A stretch of DNA of 64,000 nucleotides. It comes from Thermoanaerobaculia bacterium (GTDB lineage: Bacteria > Acidobacteriota > Thermoanaerobaculia > Multivoradales > Multivoraceae). The notes under the pieces were generated by a model. The model saw only the letters and a program-made list of their open reading frames with translations, did no database searches and was not told the DNA's origin. The position numbers were made by a program, and so were the translations under genes. Shown piece after piece: positions 20,098 through 28,892 of this stretch. The stretch is from NCBI GenBank assembly GCA_963664405.1, contig OY761158.1:4896001-4960000 (forward strand), in the 5' to 3' direction. Within the stretch, counting starts at the first letter, position 1, and each line of letters begins with the position of its first letter.

Positions 20098-20272
20098 ACC
20101 AGCGTTTCCAAAGTTCGCGCACATATCTCGGCCCCTTCTGCTCGCTGGCGGCGTTGGCTAGGCGCCCCCCCGCTCCTCGACATATTGCCCAATATGCTTG
20201 CGTCGGCGCGCCTTGCCAGCAAACAGAATGACCTCGAGCTTATGTACACGAACTTTGGAAACGCTGGTCTAG
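20094..20272. mobile_element. MITE-like element, copy 1 (179 bp including flanking CTAG)
   Basis: Perfect 24-bp terminal inverted repeat CTAGACCAGCGTTTCCAAAGTTCG; internal palindrome CATATTG-cc-CAATATG; second copy at 32041. Confidence 0.85.
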
Positions 20273-20351
20273 GTAGCTCGGCCGATCCAAACCGGGTACG
20301 CGCCCGTCTCGTGAAAGAGGCGGGTGCGGCCCTGCCGGACTTCGTCAGTCG

Positions 20352-20441
20352 CTATTCGGCTGCGATCCGATAGAGGTGGCCTCGGGTGCGGACGAAGATG
20401 TCGTCGCCGGCGATCGCCGGGGTGGCGAGCAGATCGAGGTC
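20352..20441 (-). pseudogene. C-terminal scrap of a PQQ-like beta-propeller protein
   Basis: LLATPAIAGDDIFVRTRGHLYRIAAE* resembles the typical terminal blade (compare WTAPTLLGDKLYVRDRQSILAL at ~39.8 kb). Confidence 0.65.
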
Positions 20442-20550
20442 CAACGATGAATGGCCCGTAGTCGTGGCAGCCACGCTAAAATAGCGGGGTCGAGACCCAG
20501 AACGCTGCGGAATGATCGGGGAGCACTTCTTGTTCGAAAGAGCAGCTACC

Positions 20551-21183
20551 ATGCAACGACGTTGCCAACAGGCCCTTGTGGCGGCGCTGCTCACGGCCGT
20601 CCTCGGCTCCGTCCTGACCGGTTGTGCGAGCTCGACCACGCCGGGCGCTCCGTCGCCCAGCCCGGCCGCAGTGTCTCCACCTTCTCCGCCTACAGCGTCT
20701 CCACCGTCCCCTCCGAGCGGCGGTACTTCGCCCTCGACGGGTTCGGCCAAAGCGAAGGCGGGTCGGGCGCCCTCACCTTCGGGTGCTTCGACCGCGGATG
20801 AGCGCGTGGCGTCTCTCGACGGTGAGCTACGGGCATCGCTGGATGAGTTCGACGAGAAGCTGTTGAAAGACCAGAAGGTGCAGGCCGAGCAGCGTGAGGC
20901 CGCCGCCGCTGGAGCAGGGCTAGGGGGTAGCGGCTTCGAGGCGGGTTCCACCGCGGCCGGAGCCGGCGGTGCGGCCGGACTTTCTTCGGCGCCCGAGCTC
21001 GACGGGGCTACCCGCGAAGCGCGCACTCCCGAGAATGTCGGTGATGGTCATGACGACGACGTGGTCGCTCGCCAGCTCAGGGAGGCCGCCCAGCGCGAAC
21101 AGAACCCGGGACTCCGAGAGAAGATCTGGGAAGAATATCGACAGTACAAGGCGGCTACCACGAAGTCGCGCAAAGAAGCCTGA
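20551..21183 (+). CDS. Putative lipoprotein, Pro/Ser-rich (operon gene 1)
   Basis: Lipobox VLTGC; low-complexity linker; helical C-terminal DDDVVARQLREAA..E..P.LREKIWEEYRQYK. Confidence 0.75.
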   Translation: MQRRCQQALVAALLTAVLGSVLTGCASSTTPGAPSPSPAAVSPPSPPTASPPSPPSGGTSPSTGSAKAKAGRAPSPSGASTADERVASLDGELRASLDEFDEKLLKDQKVQAEQREAAAAGAGLGGSGFEAGSTAAGAGGAAGLSSAPELDGATREARTPENVGDGHDDDVVARQLREAAQREQNPGLREKIWEEYRQYKAATTKSRKEA

Positions 21184-21194
21184 GTACCTTCGTT

Positions 21195-22415
21195 ATGCGT
21201 CGACAGCGTCTCGCTCTTCTTTCCGCTCTTCTTCTCGTGGCCAGCGCCGCCTGGGGAGCCGCCGACAAGGACCTCTTCGTCGAGGCGATACAGGCCTCTT
21301 TCGAGGTGCCTGAAGATCAGCTTCTCGACGTGGGTGTTCGCATCCTTTCGCCGGGTCTTCCCGAGGACGACCCGGGGGCCAAGGAAGACAAGGGTGTTTT
21401 CGAGGATCTCCGAAAATCCGAGTCCCGCTTCATTCCCTTCCACCTCGCCGATACTTTGCAGTCGACCGGGCATTGGGGAGCGGTTCGGGTCATTCCTGAC
21501 GGACTTCGCAGCGTTGACGTCCTGATCAGCGGCGAGATCCTTGCCTCGAACGGCCGTGAGCTTCTCGTTCGCCTACGCGCCGAGGACGCGACGGGCCGAA
21601 AGTGGTTCGAGCGCAAATATCAAGACATCGCTTCGTCCGCGGACTACCGCGACGATGCGGCGGCGGGCGGCGAGCCTCATCAGACCCTCTACAACCAGTT
21701 CGCCAATGACCTCCTCGTCGCCCGCGGCGGGATCAAGCCGGATCAGCTCCGGGAGATCCACACCGTGTCGCGGCTGCGTTTCGCCGCCGACCTGGCGCCG
21801 GACCCTTTCGCCGGATATCTCGAGATCAACAGGAAGGGGCGCGTAAAGGTTGTTCACGTGCCCGCCCAGGACGATCCGATGATGGCTCGCGTCGACGAGA
21901 TTCGAGAGCGCGATCACATGCTGGTGGATGCACTCAACGAGTACTACGCAACCTTCTACTCGCAGATGGACCGCCCCTACGATGAATGGCGCTCGTTCAG
22001 CTACGACGAGGAAATGACCATGCGAAAGCTCCGTCACCAGGCACGGATGCAGAAGCTGATCGGACTGGCGGCGATTCTTGGCGCCGCTGTTGCGCCAGGC
22101 AACAGCACGGCCGCTTCGGCTGGGCGAACCACCGCCGCTGTTGTGGGCTCCATGGTCCTGAGTAATGGCATGTCGACGAGCCCCGAGGTGAAGATGCACA
22201 TCGAGGCGATCCGCGAGCTGGCGGGCTCGTTCGACCAGGAGATGACACCCCTTCTCGTCGAAGTCGACGGCCAGACACTGAAGCTCTCGGGCTCGGCCGA
22301 GTCTCAGTTCGAGGAATGGCGCGAGCTGCTGCGAAAGCTGTTCGCCGCCGAAACCGGAGTCGAAGTCGATGCGAACACCGGGGAGCCGATCGCTGGAACC
22401 AGTGACGGAGTCTGA
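21195..22415 (+). CDS. Secreted/envelope hypothetical protein (operon gene 2)
   Basis: Signal peptide; hydrophobic Gly/Ala hairpin near residues 290-325; 11 bp from the previous gene. Confidence 0.85.
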   Translation: MRRQRLALLSALLLVASAAWGAADKDLFVEAIQASFEVPEDQLLDVGVRILSPGLPEDDPGAKEDKGVFEDLRKSESRFIPFHLADTLQSTGHWGAVRVIPDGLRSVDVLISGEILASNGRELLVRLRAEDATGRKWFERKYQDIASSADYRDDAAAGGEPHQTLYNQFANDLLVARGGIKPDQLREIHTVSRLRFAADLAPDPFAGYLEINRKGRVKVVHVPAQDDPMMARVDEIRERDHMLVDALNEYYATFYSQMDRPYDEWRSFSYDEEMTMRKLRHQARMQKLIGLAAILGAAVAPGNSTAASAGRTTAAVVGSMVLSNGMSTSPEVKMHIEAIRELAGSFDQEMTPLLVEVDGQTLKLSGSAESQFEEWRELLRKLFAAETGVEVDANTGEPIAGTSDGV

Positions 22416-24300
22416 GCCCGGCGAGCTGAGAGTCGGCGGCGTTCTCGGCGAGCGCTTCAGGCTGGTGCGGCGTCTCGGCTCGAGCGTCATGGCCGAGGTC
22501 TGGGTCGTCGCGGACACGGCCGGCGATCGCGAGCTGGTGGCAAAGATCGTCGGACCTGGATCCGCCGCGGGGAGCCTCGAGCTTCTCGAACGGGAACATC
22601 GGTTGCAAAGTAGGTTCGACCATCCCCATGTGCTCGCTGTCGAGGGCTTCCAGCCCAGCTCCCAGTACACGATTCTGACCTTCCTCTACCTCGAAGGTGG
22701 CGATCTCAGGAGCCTCCGCGGCGCGGAGCCGCAACGTGTCGTAGAGCGCGTGCTGCCGATCGTTGAAGCGTTGGAGGTACTCCACGCCGGCGGAGTCATT
22801 CATCGCGACCTCAAGCCGGAGAACATTCTCCTCGACGCGGCCGGCACCCCCTACCTCTCGGACTTCGGAATCGCGGGTGAGGTCACGCCGGCTGAGGGCG
22901 AGCGAGAGATTCGAGCGGGTGGCTCCCGCGCCTACGCCAGCCCGCAGCAGCTCGCCGGCGAGCCCTCTCTCCCGAGCGACGATCTCTTTGCTCTCGGAGC
23001 CCTCCTCTACGAGCTCCTTTCAGGCGAGCTGCCCTTCGGTTCCGGCTCTTTCGACGAGCGCTCGCAGGAGCTCGATCCGCTTCCCGGAGCGGCGCGGGCG
23101 CTGCACCCTCTGGTCGCTTCACTGCTGTCACCTGCTCGGATGAATCGACCGGTGTCGGCGACCGTCGTCGCCGAGGAGCTTCGTCTCTACCTGGAAAGTG
23201 TGCCGGCGGCTGCCGCGAAACCGGCGGCCGCGCAGCCGGCGGCCCCGTTTCCGGTGAGTCGTGTTCGGCCGACTGGAGGACGAGGGAAGCGAGGGCTCGT
23301 CGGGGCAGCCCTTGTTCTTCTCGTTGGAGCTACCGCGGTCGTCTTTCTGGTGCTCCCGGATTGGGCGGCACGGAGACCAGAGCCAACATTGAGCGCGGCT
23401 TCATCCGCGCCAGGGGTAGCCGCCGGGGATACCGGGATCTCGGCCGCTTCCGAGCCAGCGACGGCGGTCGAGGAGATCGCTGCGCAAGAACCTCCGTCGG
23501 CTCCGCGCGAGGCCTCCGCGGTCCCGGCATCTCCGCGTCCCCGAGACACGCGCTGGATCGAGCCGCCGTCGCGTGTCGAGCGCGGAGCGCCACCCGCCGA
23601 TCCCTTTAGAGATGCCATGTCTGAAGGGCACGAGGCACTCTCGGCGGAGGAGTGGGGTCGCGCCAAAGCAGCGTTCGAAAGTGCTCGATCGCTCGACAGA
23701 AGCTCTTCCGCCGCCGCGGACGGGCTGCGCCGGGCGCAAGCAGGCGCTCAGGAGGAAGAGCTTCAGGTGTTGTCGCAGAGGGCCCTCGAAGCCGAGCGCG
23801 GGGAGGAGTGGCGAGCAGCCGCGGCAGCCTATGAGGCGGCGCTGGCGCTCGATCCGTCGGTTCGCTTTGCGCAGGAAGGTCGACGGCGATCGATGAGAAG
23901 AGCAGAGGTCGACGACGCTTTCCGCCTCTACCTGGAACGACCCGACCGTCTCGCGGAGCCGGCCGTGGCGGCGGAGGCGAGTGCCACGCTCGACGAGGCC
24001 GACAACATCGAAGCCCTCGTCGGCACTCGGCTCGCCGGACAGCGCGAGGATCTGCGAGAGGCCCTTCTCAGCGCAAGTCACCCGGTGGTGGTGACGCTGC
24101 TTTCGGATCAGGAGACCGAAGTCACGGTGTATCGAGTCGGCACCCTCGGTAGCTTTGACACTCATACCCTCGAGCTGCGGCCCGGGAACTACACCGTCGT
24201 CGGAATGCGGCGCGGGTATCGCGATGTCCGTCACCGGCTCGTGGTCTCGGCGGAGGGGCCCCCACCGCCCTTACAAGTACGATGTGAGGAGAGACTGTGA
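22402..24300 (+). CDS. Membrane Hanks-type Ser/Thr kinase with extracytoplasmic TPR-like helices and a PEGA-like end (gene 3)
   Basis: VAK, IHRDLKPENIL, SDFGIA, YASPQQ, DLFALG; one TM; LELRPGNYTVVG..RGYRD. GTG start overlaps the upstream gene. Confidence 0.9.
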   Translation: MTESEPGELRVGGVLGERFRLVRRLGSSVMAEVWVVADTAGDRELVAKIVGPGSAAGSLELLEREHRLQSRFDHPHVLAVEGFQPSSQYTILTFLYLEGGDLRSLRGAEPQRVVERVLPIVEALEVLHAGGVIHRDLKPENILLDAAGTPYLSDFGIAGEVTPAEGEREIRAGGSRAYASPQQLAGEPSLPSDDLFALGALLYELLSGELPFGSGSFDERSQELDPLPGAARALHPLVASLLSPARMNRPVSATVVAEELRLYLESVPAAAAKPAAAQPAAPFPVSRVRPTGGRGKRGLVGAALVLLVGATAVVFLVLPDWAARRPEPTLSAASSAPGVAAGDTGISAASEPATAVEEIAAQEPPSAPREASAVPASPRPRDTRWIEPPSRVERGAPPADPFRDAMSEGHEALSAEEWGRAKAAFESARSLDRSSSAAADGLRRAQAGAQEEELQVLSQRALEAERGEEWRAAAAAYEAALALDPSVRFAQEGRRRSMRRAEVDDAFRLYLERPDRLAEPAVAAEASATLDEADNIEALVGTRLAGQREDLREALLSASHPVVVTLLSDQETEVTVYRVGTLGSFDTHTLELRPGNYTVVGMRRGYRDVRHRLVVSAEGPPPPLQVRCEERL

Positions 24301-26441
24301 GCGAGAAGCGCCCTGGCACCGAGCCGCCGCGGCTGGTCGACTCTCCGGAGGTGCACCCTCACAGCGAGCCCGCGTCTCCCATTGAGGTGGCGGCTGCTAT
24401 CGAGCCGGCGACTCCCATTGAGCCGGTGGCATTCAAGCCTAAGCGGCTCGAGGCCGGGTCGGGGCGCAGAGTGTTGCCGACCGCACCTCAGGCCGGGATA
24501 CTGGCTCTCGTGCTTCTCCTGGCACTGGTTGCCTTTGTCTTCTTCACCGCGGTGCCGGTCGAGATCGTGGTCTCTCCCGAGCCCGAGCGCCTGGCGCTGT
24601 CGGGTACCCTGCCCCTGCCGTCGGTCGGTGGCCGGCGTCTCGTGCGCACCGGTCTGCAGGTGATCGAAGCCGAGAAGGCCGGCTATCAGAAGCTCGAACA
24701 GAGCTTCGATGTGGGTCGTGGGAGCGGCCAGTCTTTCCGTTTCGAGCTCGAGAAGCTCGGTGGTGTTCTCGATCTCGAGCTGCAGCCCGCCGACGCTCAG
24801 GTCGAGATCGATGGGGCCGCGATCACTAACCTCGGCGACATTCAGCTGACGCCGGGGGAGCATCGGATCCGAGTCTCTGCCGAGAGGTATCGCGACTTTG
24901 ACCAGAGCGTGAGTATCGAGGGTCTGGGAACGACGACGCCTCTCGCCGTGACACTGGAACCGGCGTGGGCGAGCCTCTCCTTCACCAGCACTCCATCGAG
25001 CGAGTTGCTGCTCGACGGTCGCTCGCTGGGTCGTACTCCGACGACGGTCGAGATCCTCGAGGGTACGCACGATGTCGAGATGCGGGCCTCGCGCTTTCGG
25101 ACTGAGCGGCGTCGGATCGAGGTACGAGCCGGTGAAGATCGGTCGCTTCCGGAGGTGATTCTCGAGCCTGCCGTGGCCCGTCTTCGGGTGGAGAGCGTAC
25201 CGCCGGGTGCCACGGTTCTGATCGACGGCGAGTTCCGTGGCGAAGCGCCGCTGGATGTGGAAGTGGCTCCCGAGAGGGTCCACCAGGTGACGACTTCACT
25301 CGCCGGCTTTGCGCCCGTGCGAAGGGAGGTTTCGGTCGGGGCCGGGGAGGAGCACGACTTGCGCTTGGAGCTGAGCGCGGAGCTCGGTGAGATCCGCCTC
25401 GCAGTCGAGCCCGCCGACGCGACCCTGTGGATCGACGGAGAGGCCTACGGCCCGGCGACGGGTACGCTGCGTCTCCCGGTCGTACCCCTGGCCATCGCCG
25501 TGCGCAAGGACGGCTATGAGACCTACCGCACGACGCTCATCCCGACTCCCGGTATCGAGCAGGTGCTGCAGCTAAGTCTCACCAGCATCGCTGAGATCCG
25601 CGCTGCCGAGACCCCGCCCCGAGTCGAGAGTCCGTTGGGCCAGGACCTGGTGCTCATCGGCACCGGGCGGCTGACTCTAGGAGCGTCTCGACGCGAGCCG
25701 GGTCGGCGCTCCAATGAGACTCTGCACACCGTGGAGCTGACTCGGCCTTTCTATATCTCTGCGCACGAGGTCACCAACGAGGAGTTTCGCGAGTTTCGCG
25801 AAGAGCATCGCTCCGGCGCCGCCGGCGAAGTCAATCTGGAAGGTGACAACAAGCCCGTTGTACGGGTGACTTGGGAGGACGCTATCTTCTATTGCAACTG
25901 GCTGAGCGAGCGCGAGGGATTGCCTGCGGCCTATGAGCGCCGCGACGGAAGGTGGGTGGGCTCTTCGCCGATGACTACCGGCTATCGCCTGCCGAGCGAA
26001 TCGGAGTGGGCCTGGGTAGCGCGTTACCCCGACGCTAAGGACGCGCTCAAGTACCCGTGGGGCGCCAGCATGCCGATTCAGCCGAAATCCGGCAACTACG
26101 CCGATCGATCGACGGGCGCTCTGGTGTCGGGCTCGCGCAGCGGTTACAACGATGGCTTCCCGGCGACCTCGCCGGTGGGTAAGTTTCCGCCGAATCCGTT
26201 GGGTATCTACGACCTCGGTGGCAACGTCGCCGAGTGGGTTCATGATGCCTACTTCATCTACCCTTCCGGCGCCGAAGAGGTTCTGACCGATCCGCTTGGG
26301 CTTGAGGGGGGCGAGCTTCACACGATTCGAGGCTCGAGCTGGATGCACTACAGCGTTTCCGATCTTCGGCTGGCTCACCGCGACTACGGTAGAGACGGTC
26401 GGCCGGATCTCGGTTTCCGCATCGCGAGATACGCTCGTTAG
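24297..26441 (+). CDS. TM-anchored multi-PEGA + FGE-sulfatase (SUMF1)-fold protein (gene 4)
   Basis: GTGA overlap; repeated S.P.GA.V.IDG PEGA units; HEVTN, PVVRVTWEDA..YCNWLS, YRLPSESEW, NPLGIYDLGGNVAEW and LGFRIAR. Confidence 0.9.
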   Translation: MSEKRPGTEPPRLVDSPEVHPHSEPASPIEVAAAIEPATPIEPVAFKPKRLEAGSGRRVLPTAPQAGILALVLLLALVAFVFFTAVPVEIVVSPEPERLALSGTLPLPSVGGRRLVRTGLQVIEAEKAGYQKLEQSFDVGRGSGQSFRFELEKLGGVLDLELQPADAQVEIDGAAITNLGDIQLTPGEHRIRVSAERYRDFDQSVSIEGLGTTTPLAVTLEPAWASLSFTSTPSSELLLDGRSLGRTPTTVEILEGTHDVEMRASRFRTERRRIEVRAGEDRSLPEVILEPAVARLRVESVPPGATVLIDGEFRGEAPLDVEVAPERVHQVTTSLAGFAPVRREVSVGAGEEHDLRLELSAELGEIRLAVEPADATLWIDGEAYGPATGTLRLPVVPLAIAVRKDGYETYRTTLIPTPGIEQVLQLSLTSIAEIRAAETPPRVESPLGQDLVLIGTGRLTLGASRREPGRRSNETLHTVELTRPFYISAHEVTNEEFREFREEHRSGAAGEVNLEGDNKPVVRVTWEDAIFYCNWLSEREGLPAAYERRDGRWVGSSPMTTGYRLPSESEWAWVARYPDAKDALKYPWGASMPIQPKSGNYADRSTGALVSGSRSGYNDGFPATSPVGKFPPNPLGIYDLGGNVAEWVHDAYFIYPSGAEEVLTDPLGLEGGELHTIRGSSWMHYSVSDLRLAHRDYGRDGRPDLGFRIARYAR

Positions 26442-26456
26442 AAGGGAGATAGCGAT

Positions 26457-26681
26457 ATGAAGATCAAACTCGTTCTGGTGCTGTTGGTGCTGCTGGCTCC
26501 TCTGCCTCCTCACTCGTCGTCTCAGGAGCCTGCGGAGCCGCCACCGGTGTCTGCACCGCAGACGGTGTCCGGGCCCACGCCGCCTTTGGATGCCGCTGAG
26601 GAGGAGGCCCTACTCGACGAGTTCGTTCCCAGTGAGCAGGTCTCCTTCGACAAGACCATTTCCTTTCCGGTCGACATCTGA
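26457..26681 (+). CDS. Small secreted Pro-rich protein (gene 5)
   Basis: RBS AGGGAG, signal peptide and acidic C-terminus DEFVPSEQVSFDKTISFPVDI; fills the operon gap. Confidence 0.75.
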   Translation: MKIKLVLVLLVLLAPLPPHSSSQEPAEPPPVSAPQTVSGPTPPLDAAEEEALLDEFVPSEQVSFDKTISFPVDI

Positions 26682-26693
26682 GGTTTGTCTTAA

Positions 26694-27500
26694 ATGCCTG
26701 CAATGCGGCGCACCGGATCGTCCGAGTTCTTGTACCAGCTGGTGACCTTGTTTCTGGCCGTCATCGTGGTTCATGCGCTCTACGTGCTCGTCGTACGACC
26801 CCAGGCCGCCGCTGTGCTTGCCGAGCAGCATGCACAGATGCAGGTGGACCCGACCTATGTCCAGGAGCGGTCGGCGATGGTGGTCATCCGCGATTTCGAG
26901 CAGGAGGCATGCCTGATCTTGTTTCTGTGGGCGATGGCGATCATGGGGTACAAGGGAGTGCAGACGATCCGTGAGCGCCGATTCCTCGACCTGGATCTGG
27001 TCGGTATCGGCGACGGCACGCGTATTCTTGCCGAGGACGCGCGCCAGTATGCGCGTCAGATCCAGGCCTTGCCGATGGCTCAGCAGATGGCGCTGTTGCC
27101 ACGCTCGGTGCTGACGGCGCTCCTGCGTTTTTCTTCCACCGGCAACATCCAAGATGTGTCGACGACGGCTCACGCGCTTTGTGAAGCGGAGGCCGACCGT
27201 CTCGACTCCGAGTTGTCGATGGTGCGCTACATTGCGTGGGCGATCCCATCGATCGGGTTCATCGGCACAGTGCGGGGAATCGGCGACGCCCTCGGGCAGG
27301 CACATCAGGCGGTCGAAGGCGACATCGCCGGCGTCACCCAGAGTCTTGGCGTAGCTTTCAACTCGACCTTCATCGCTCTGCTCCTGTCCATCGTTCTGAT
27401 GTTCCTGCTTCATCAGCTGCAGCTCAACCAGGAGCGGCTGGTGCGCGAGAGCGAGACCTATCTCGACCAGGGCTTGATCCAGAACCTGCAGGCCTCTTGA
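26694..27500 (+). CDS. MotA/TolQ/ExbB proton-channel family protein (gene 6)
   Basis: IAWAIPSIGFIGTVRGI...LGVAFNSTFIAL channel signature; 4 TM. Confidence 0.9.
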   Translation: MPAMRRTGSSEFLYQLVTLFLAVIVVHALYVLVVRPQAAAVLAEQHAQMQVDPTYVQERSAMVVIRDFEQEACLILFLWAMAIMGYKGVQTIRERRFLDLDLVGIGDGTRILAEDARQYARQIQALPMAQQMALLPRSVLTALLRFSSTGNIQDVSTTAHALCEAEADRLDSELSMVRYIAWAIPSIGFIGTVRGIGDALGQAHQAVEGDIAGVTQSLGVAFNSTFIALLLSIVLMFLLHQLQLNQERLVRESETYLDQGLIQNLQAS

Positions 27501-27503
27501 TCG

Positions 27504-28892
27504 ATGAGTATTGCGATCGAGATCAACGACGCCGGCCTTTGCGCCGCGGCGGCGTCCAAGGGACTGCTCGATCTCCACAGCCCAGGGATCGCGCTTCTCG
27601 ACGGGGCGACGTTGAGGGTCGGTACTGTTGCCGCTGAGAGCGCGCGTCTGCGTCCTACTCATGTCCACGACCGTTTCTGGGCCGAGCTTGGTCACGAGCC
27701 ACTGTCGCGCCCCTTCCCCCGCGAGTGGAGCGCCGCCGACCTTGCCCACGCCCACCTCGCGGACTTCAGAGCCGGGCTCGGCGAGAGTGTCGACGATGGC
27801 GTGGTTCTTGTGCTGCCCGGATCTTTCTCAGCGCAGAGTGCCGCCCTCCTTCTCGGTATCGCACGAGCGGCGGGGCTACCTGTCGACGGTCTGGTCGATT
27901 CCGCGGTTGCCGCGCTGGCGCGGGGCCGCTCTGCGGGCTCCGGCCCCGTGCTCCATGTCGATTTGGAGCTCCACCGGGCGGTGGTGACGAGCCTCGTCCT
28001 CAGCGGCGGTGTCGTCAGGGAGCGGGTCGAATTGTTGGAGGGTCTGGGTCTGCGAGCCTGGCGCGACGCGGTTGCCCGGAGGATCGCCGAGCTCTTCGTT
28101 CGCGAGACGCGCTTCGACCCCTTGCACTCGGCCGAGAGTGAGCAGGCCCTGCATCTGCTTCTGCCGGCGGTTCTCGACGGCCTCACCAAGAGTGGCGCCA
28201 CCGATGTCGTCCTCCCCGCCGTCGGAGGAGAGCGGCGGCTACGAGTGACTCGAGAAGAGATAAGCCAGGCGCTCGAGCCCCTCACCCACGAGCTGGCGAC
28301 CGCCGTGTCGGTGCGCTTGGCCTCTCTCGGCAGCTCGGCATTGGCTGTTTCGCATCGAGTGGCCGCCCTACCGGGTGTCACCGGCCGCTTCGAGGAGGCG
28401 TCGACAGCGGTCGCAACCCGGCTGCCGGTTGGCGCGGCCGTTCTCGGTGCGGTCGAGCGCGCTGACGAGATCCGGTCGGGAAACGACGCCTTGCCCCTGG
28501 TAGTGCGCCTCGGATCGCAATCGAGCATGACGGCGTCGGACTCGCAAGGGGTTGGTGCGAGCGAGGGCCGTCGCGGGGCGACCCACGCTTTGATCGATGG
28601 AGTAGCCCATTCTCTTCTCAACGCGCCTCTGGCTGTGGGCGTCTCGGTTCCCTCGACGCTCCGCGGTGTGGATCTCGAAGGGGAGGTCGCGGGCATCTCG
28701 CGTCACCACTGCACTCTGGAGTACCTCGAAGGTCGCGCTACGGTGACCGACTGCAGCACCTGGGGAACCTTCTTGAACGACCAGAAGATCGATGCGCCGA
28801 CGGAGGTCCATGCCGGCGATCGAGTTCGCCTAGGGTCTCCAGGGGTGGAGATTCGGATGATTGCCTTGGCGGAGGAAGATGGCTCGGCGTAG
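27504..28892 (+). CDS. Degenerate Hsp70/actin-fold domain fused to a C-terminal FHA domain (gene 7)
   Basis: Colinear resemblance to the DnaK nucleotide-binding domain (see findings); FHA-like GISRHHC...TDCSTWGTFLN...GDRVRLG. Confidence 0.75.
   Translation: MSIAIEINDAGLCAAAASKGLLDLHSPGIALLDGATLRVGTVAAESARLRPTHVHDRFWAELGHEPLSRPFPREWSAADLAHAHLADFRAGLGESVDDGVVLVLPGSFSAQSAALLLGIARAAGLPVDGLVDSAVAALARGRSAGSGPVLHVDLELHRAVVTSLVLSGGVVRERVELLEGLGLRAWRDAVARRIAELFVRETRFDPLHSAESEQALHLLLPAVLDGLTKSGATDVVLPAVGGERRLRVTREEISQALEPLTHELATAVSVRLASLGSSALAVSHRVAALPGVTGRFEEASTAVATRLPVGAAVLGAVERADEIRSGNDALPLVVRLGSQSSMTASDSQGVGASEGRRGATHALIDGVAHSLLNAPLAVGVSVPSTLRGVDLEGEVAGISRHHCTLEYLEGRATVTDCSTWGTFLNDQKIDAPTEVHAGDRVRLGSPGVEIRMIALAEEDGSA

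Noticed and set aside
25600-26441. DGR target (FGE-type C-lectin fold) or sulfatase-maturing enzyme
   Set aside because: No template repeat or reverse transcriptase was seen in the window, and the catalytic Cys pair of FGE is absent.
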